From contig OY969474.1 of the NCBI GenBank assembly GCA_963700145.1, forward strand, positions 5,312,001 through 5,376,000: 64,000 bases of DNA. The letters run 5' to 3'. Source of the DNA: an uncultured Acidobacteriota bacterium. Its GTDB lineage: Bacteria > Acidobacteriota > Thermoanaerobaculia > Multivoradales > UBA5704. Shown here in pieces: positions 60,009 to 64,000 of the stretch. The notes beneath the pieces are model-generated. The model was not told the DNA's origin, did not search any database, and worked only from the letters and a program-made list of their open reading frames with translations. Position 1 is the first letter of the stretch; each line of letters starts with the position of its first letter. The position numbers and the translations under genes are program-made.

Positions 60009-62027
60009 TCAGGGCGGCGCAGCCGCCGCGGCGAGCTCCGCGAGCGCTTCCCGCAGCCGCGCCGGGTCGCGCGCGGCCTCCGCGCCGTGGCGCCAGGTGC
60101 GCTCGGCCTCGGCCCGGTCGCCCGCCGCCAGCAGCGCCCGACCGAGCTCGAGGTAGGCGTCGGTTGCCGCGGGCTCGATCGCCAGCGCCCGCTGCAGCCG
60201 CGCGGCGGCCTCCCGCGGCCGTCCGCGCCGGCTCTCCACCCTCCCCAGGTCCACCCACGCCGCCACCAGCACCGGGCGGACGGCGACCGCCCGCTCGAGC
60301 GGCGGCACGGCCTCCTCGATCCGTCCGGCGACGAGCAGCAGGTGGCCGAGGTTGGCGAGCGCCTCCGGCCGGTCGGGGTCGCGCGCCAGCAGCCGGCGCA
60401 GCGTGCCGATCGCCTCCTCCCGCCGCCCCTGTCCGGCCTGTGCGACGGCCAGCCACTCCTCGGCGAGCGCGTGCCCGGGGTCGAGCGCGAGGACGCTGGC
60501 CAGCGTCCGCTCCGCCGCCGCGAAGGAGCGGTGCGCGAGCTGCCCGCGCGCCAGGTCGAGCGCCGGCTCGACCGCCGCCGGCTGGAAGCGCGGCAGCGCC
60601 TTCTCGAGGTGCTCGACCGCGGCGCGCGTGGTGCTGACGCGGAGGAGGGCGGCGGCGCGGTAGATCTCCCCGAGCGGCTGGGCCGGAGCCACGGCGGGGT
60701 CGAGCCAGCGGAGGTCGACCAGCGACGGCTCGCGCTCGGCGCGCGGTGCCAGGAGCTCGGGGCCGCCGGGGCGGCGGGCGATCTTGTGGTCGGTCATGAC
60801 GACGTGCACCACGTCCTGGGTGCGCCGCTTGGGCATGTGGCAGGAGACGCAGTCGGCGGTCGCGGCCTGCATAGCGGCCTCTCCGGCCCCGCCGCCGCCG
60901 TGCGCCAAGCCGGTGCAGGCCTCGGCGCCGTGGCAGGTGAGGCAGGCGGCGCGGAAGTGCGCCGCCCGCTCCGGCTCCGCCACCTTGCGGTGCGGGTCGT
61001 GGCAGGTGAGGCAGCTCAGCCTCGTCCCGCTGGCCTGGAAGCACTTGCTCTGGCGCAGCCGGTAGGGGTGGTGGTTGATCTCGAAGCGCTCCTCGGGCCG
61101 CTGGTCCTCTTCCTCGACTTCGAGCTCCAGGCGGTGCGCGGCGAGCGGCTCCCCAGGGCGAAAGGCGTAGTCGCCGCGCCCGAAGCGGAGCACGCCCGGG
61201 ACCACGACCGAGGGCTGCATGTGGCACTGGAAGCAGACGTCGTCGCGCCGCTCCGGCGGCAGGCGCCCCGGGTTGACGACCGCGGCGCGCACCGCGTCCG
61301 CCTCGGCGCCGGCAAAGGCGCGGCGGACGTGCTCGGCGCCCGGCCCGTGGCAGCGCTGGCAGCCGATCCCCTCCGGCAGCTCGCTCGGGAAGACCTGCGG
61401 CGCCGCGTGGGCGTCGCTCCCGGCCGGGACGTCGGGGTAGGCGTTGTGGCAGACCATGCACTCCCGCCGCACCCGCCGGAGGACCCCTTCGTGGTCCGGG
61501 CGGTCGAAGCCGGGGGCCATGCCCCAGCTCTTGGCCTGCGTGTACCAGGCGAGCGGGAGCTGGTAGAGCTCGCCGCCGGGGGTGCGATAGAGGTAGGTGC
61601 GGGCGTGGTTGCCCGAGCCGAGCACCCAGTCCACCTCCTGCTCGAAGACGTTGATCGGCTGGCCGTCGGCGGCGACCTGGTCGCGGCGAAAGAGGAGCCG
61701 GTCGCCGCTCCGCCGCAGCGCGAAGCGCTGGCGCGAGGCGGCGTGGACGAAGGGCGGCGCCGTGAAGTCCTCGACGTCGGTTTGCGGGCGCGGGCGGTAG
61801 AACGACCGCGCCATCCCGACCTCCTGGAAGGAGCGTGCGAGGTCGCGGTGGCAGTTGGCGCAGACGCGGTCCTCGAGGTAACCCGGCGCGGCGCCGGCGG
61901 TGACCCGGTAGCCCAGCTCGGCGAGGGGATCGGGGGGCGGAGGGTCGGCCGCGGCGGCTGTCCACGCGAGCGCGGCCGCCGCCAGCCCGGACGCGAGGAG
62001 CAAGGCTCCGCGGTGGGAGATCGCCAT
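60009..62027 (-). CDS. Secreted heptaheme cytochrome c with C-terminal TPR repeats
   Basis: Signal peptide; seven CxxCH motifs (CANCH, CMVCH, CQRCH, CFQCH, CLTCH x2, CVSCH); TPR-like helices. Confidence 0.9.
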   Translation of the reverse strand: MAISHRGALLLASGLAAAALAWTAAAADPPPPDPLAELGYRVTAGAAPGYLEDRVCANCHRDLARSFQEVGMARSFYRPRPQTDVEDFTAPPFVHAASRQRFALRRSGDRLLFRRDQVAADGQPINVFEQEVDWVLGSGNHARTYLYRTPGGELYQLPLAWYTQAKSWGMAPGFDRPDHEGVLRRVRRECMVCHNAYPDVPAGSDAHAAPQVFPSELPEGIGCQRCHGPGAEHVRRAFAGAEADAVRAAVVNPGRLPPERRDDVCFQCHMQPSVVVPGVLRFGRGDYAFRPGEPLAAHRLELEVEEEDQRPEERFEINHHPYRLRQSKCFQASGTRLSCLTCHDPHRKVAEPERAAHFRAACLTCHGAEACTGLAHGGGGAGEAAMQAATADCVSCHMPKRRTQDVVHVVMTDHKIARRPGGPELLAPRAEREPSLVDLRWLDPAVAPAQPLGEIYRAAALLRVSTTRAAVEHLEKALPRFQPAAVEPALDLARGQLAHRSFAAAERTLASVLALDPGHALAEEWLAVAQAGQGRREEAIGTLRRLLARDPDRPEALANLGHLLLVAGRIEEAVPPLERAVAVRPVLVAAWVDLGRVESRRGRPREAAARLQRALAIEPAATDAYLELGRALLAAGDRAEAERTWRHGAEAARDPARLREALAELAAAAAPP

Positions 62028-62041
62028 CTAGAATCCGCCCG

Positions 62042-62719
62042 ATGATAGCCCCGGCCGCGAGCTCGCCGCGCGTCACCCGCTGGGCCTTCCTCGGGCGGGT
62101 TCCCTACGCCGAGGCCGTGGCGCTCCAGCTCGCGGCGCGCGAGGGGGTCAAGCGCGGCACCGGCGACGAGCGGCTCCTCCTCCTCGAGCACCCGCACGTC
62201 TACACGCTCGGCCGCAACGCCAGCGCCGCGGACGTCCTCGGCGGCGAGGAGTGGCTGCGCGCCCGCGGCATCGAGGTGGCGGAGTGCGACCGGGGCGGCC
62301 AGGTCACCTACCACGGGCCCGGCCAGCTCGTCGGCTACCCGGTGATCGACCTCAACCCCGATCGCCGCGACATCCGCCGCTACGTGCGCGACCTGCAGGA
62401 GGTGCTGGTGCGGACGCTGGCCGACTCCGGCGTCGCCGCCGAGGCGCGGAGCGAGCAGTCGGCCATCGGGGTGTGGGTGGGGAAGGAGAAGATCGCTTCG
62501 ATCGGCGTCCACCTGTCGCGCTGGGTGACGACCCACGGCTTCGCGCTCAACGTGGCGACCGACCTCTCCTACTTCGCCGGCATCGTCCCCTGCGGCCTCT
62601 CCGGCGTCGGCATCACCTCGGTCGAGCGGCTGACCGGCCGGCGCGAGGAGGTCGCCGCCGTCGCCGCCCGCTGCGCGCGTCACTTCGGAGAGGTCTTCGG
62701 GCGGACGATGCTGCCGTGA
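62042..62719 (+). CDS. lipB: Lipoyl(octanoyl) transferase
   Basis: LEHPHVYTLG, DRGGQVTYHGPGQLVGY, KIASIG, HGFALNV and VPCG. Confidence 0.95.
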   Translation: MIAPAASSPRVTRWAFLGRVPYAEAVALQLAAREGVKRGTGDERLLLLEHPHVYTLGRNASAADVLGGEEWLRARGIEVAECDRGGQVTYHGPGQLVGYPVIDLNPDRRDIRRYVRDLQEVLVRTLADSGVAAEARSEQSAIGVWVGKEKIASIGVHLSRWVTTHGFALNVATDLSYFAGIVPCGLSGVGITSVERLTGRREEVAAVAARCARHFGEVFGRTMLP

Positions 62720-63699
62720 AGCCGCCGCAGCAGATCGCCATCGGACTGAACGCGGTGATCGTGGCGGTCACCGCCGAGGTGCCGCGCATCCTGACCGTGC
62801 GCGCGCCGGGACCGGCGCCCGCTCTCGACGCTCTCCCCTTCGGCCCGCTGGAGCCGGCCACCGACCGCACTCTCGACCGCGCCCTGCGCCGCTGGGTGCG
62901 CGAGCAGACCGGCGTCGGGCTCGGCTACGTCGAGCAGCTCTACACCTTCGGCGACCGCGAGCGCGACCCGCGCGAAGCGCGCGGCGGAGCGCGTCTCGTC
63001 TCGGTCGCCTACCTGGCCCTGGTGCAGGAGCGCGCCGCCTCGGCCGCCGGCGCCGAGTGGCGCGGGTGGTACGAGTTCTTTCCCTGGGAGGACTGGCGCA
63101 CCGGCCGGCCGCCGGTGCTGAGCGAGGCGATCGAGCCGGCTCTGGAGCGCTGGATCGCGGGCGCGCCGGACGCCGCCGCGCGGCGCGACCGCCGGGAGCG
63201 GGCCGACATCGCCTTCGGCCTGCGCGGCGTCGGCTGGGACGGCGACCGCGTGCTGGAGCGCTACGAGCTGCTCTACGAGGCCGGCCTGGTCGAGGAGGCC
63301 TGGCGCGATCGGGCGGAACGGGAGGGACGGGCCGCCGGCCGCGACCAGGCTGCGGCCACGCTGCTGCCGAGCCGCTCGATGGTGCTCGACCACCGGCGCA
63401 TCCTGGCCACCGCCCTGGGCCGCCTGCGCGGCAAGCTCAAGTACCGCCCGGTGGTCTTCGAGCTGCTGCCCCCGAGCTTCACGCTGCTCCAGCTCCAGCG
63501 GGTGGTCGAGGCCCTGGCCGGCATCCGCCTGCACAAGCAGAACTTCCGCCGGCTGGTGGAGACCGCCGGGCTGGTCGAGGGGACCGGCCGGCAGGAAACG
63601 GAGACCGGCGGCCGGCCGGCCGAGCTGTTCAGCTTCCGGCGCGAGGTGCTGCGCGAGCGGCCGGCACCCGGCATTTTCGCCGCGCCGCGGAGGTTGTAG
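62716..63699 (+). CDS. NadQ/NrtR-type NAD biosynthesis regulator
   Basis: LPFGP, GYVEQLYTFGDR, VLERYELLYEAGL, RLRGKLKYRPVVFEL, HKQNFRR and GGRPA. Confidence 0.9.
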   Translation: MKPPQQIAIGLNAVIVAVTAEVPRILTVRAPGPAPALDALPFGPLEPATDRTLDRALRRWVREQTGVGLGYVEQLYTFGDRERDPREARGGARLVSVAYLALVQERAASAAGAEWRGWYEFFPWEDWRTGRPPVLSEAIEPALERWIAGAPDAAARRDRRERADIAFGLRGVGWDGDRVLERYELLYEAGLVEEAWRDRAEREGRAAGRDQAAATLLPSRSMVLDHRRILATALGRLRGKLKYRPVVFELLPPSFTLLQLQRVVEALAGIRLHKQNFRRLVETAGLVEGTGRQETETGGRPAELFSFRREVLRERPAPGIFAAPRRL

Positions 63700-63720
63700 A
63701 GGTCGGATGAGGCCGAGTTG

Positions 63721-63746
63721 CGGAGCCCGGTTATGGGCTCCGCTAC
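63721..63746 (-). repeat. GTAG-type REP-like hairpin
   Basis: (-) GTAG-CGGAGCCC-ATAACC-GGGCTCCG. Confidence 0.6.
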
Positions 63747-63791
63747 CGGCAGGGTCGCCGGCCGGAACCGGCGATTGATCTGGAAGGCCGG

Positions 63792-63823
63792 TTGACAGCG
63801 GCAAATGCTCATCCGTAGCATAA
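63792..63823 (+). promoter_or_regulatory. Sigma70-type promoter overlapped by a weaker NadQ-like box
   Basis: TTGACA (63792), 18-nt spacer, TAGCAT (63816); AAATGCTCATCCGTAGCATAA at 63803-63823. Confidence 0.75.
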
Positions 63824-63863
63824 GCGTCCAGGCCGGCTTGGCCGGCCTTTCTTCATCCCCTTG

Positions 63864-63884
63864 TTATGCTCAGAGTGAGCATTA
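63864..63884. promoter_or_regulatory. NadQ operator palindrome
   Basis: TTATGCTCAGAGTGAGCATTA matches ttATRCTC-N5-GAGYATaa; lies between the regulator and nadA. Confidence 0.85.
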
Positions 63885-63903
63885 TCGGGCGAGAGGAGAC
63901 GAG

Positions 63904-64000
63904 ATGACCTCGACGGAGATCCGCACGGCGCTGCCGGTGCTCGACTACACGCCGGAGGTCGCGCGCGCCACCGCGCCGACCTACGAGCGGGTCCGCTCGG
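63904..64000 (+). CDS. nadA: Probable quinolinate synthase, 5' part only
   Basis: GAGGAG SD; LDYTPEVARATAPTYERV resembles a NadA N-terminus; context of regulator and operator. Confidence 0.65.
   Translation, partial: MTSTEIRTALPVLDYTPEVARATAPTYERVRS

Noticed and set aside
1094-63821. Many long overlapping or antisense ORFs (e.g. 2924..5623, 5494..8271, 35291..38077, 54922..57381)
   Set aside because: They are shadows of real genes in high-GC DNA: Arg/Gly/Pro-rich with no motifs.
1-64000. tRNA/rRNA genes or known riboswitches (e.g. cobalamin riboswitch before the BtuF-like gene)
   Set aside because: None recognised by eye, and the gap upstream of the BtuF-like gene is only 54 bp. A covariance-model scan was not possible.

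Overview
A very GC-rich bacterial chromosome segment; gene style suggests an Acidobacteriota-like genome, which is inference only. The backbone holds housekeeping and envelope genes: TolB-M28-PDZ peptidase, DUF885, an ELWxxDGT repeat protein, a B12 radical SAM, yyaL, yjcH-actP, nfeD-SPFH, SPOR-lnt, prfB with its +1 frameshift, glycosyltransferases, fbaB, a 2-oxoacid dehydrogenase operon with lipB, a heptaheme-TPR protein, and a NadQ-type regulator with operators upstream of a partial nadA. There are two accessory tracts. The first (~24.8-32.0 kb) holds an S8 protease, a NERD-like/SEC-C gene broken by an intact IS5-family element plus a frameshift, TA modules and corA. The second (~48.2-54.2 kb) holds a lipoprotein, a TA pair, an IS91-like remnant and orphan genes. 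The most unusual signal is that both tracts begin at the 3' end of a protein-coding gene, and displaced copies of that gene's 3' end lie downstream of the cargo. The cytochrome c His-rich tail occurs three times, with a perfect 32-bp direct repeat closing two tandem units. The actP tail occurs twice. No integrase is present in the window. Also seen: a recurrent TANNNT-8nt-start architecture suggesting leaderless mRNAs, two 21-bp tandem arrays, and two REP-like palindrome families. No rRNA, tRNA or CRISPR array was recognised.
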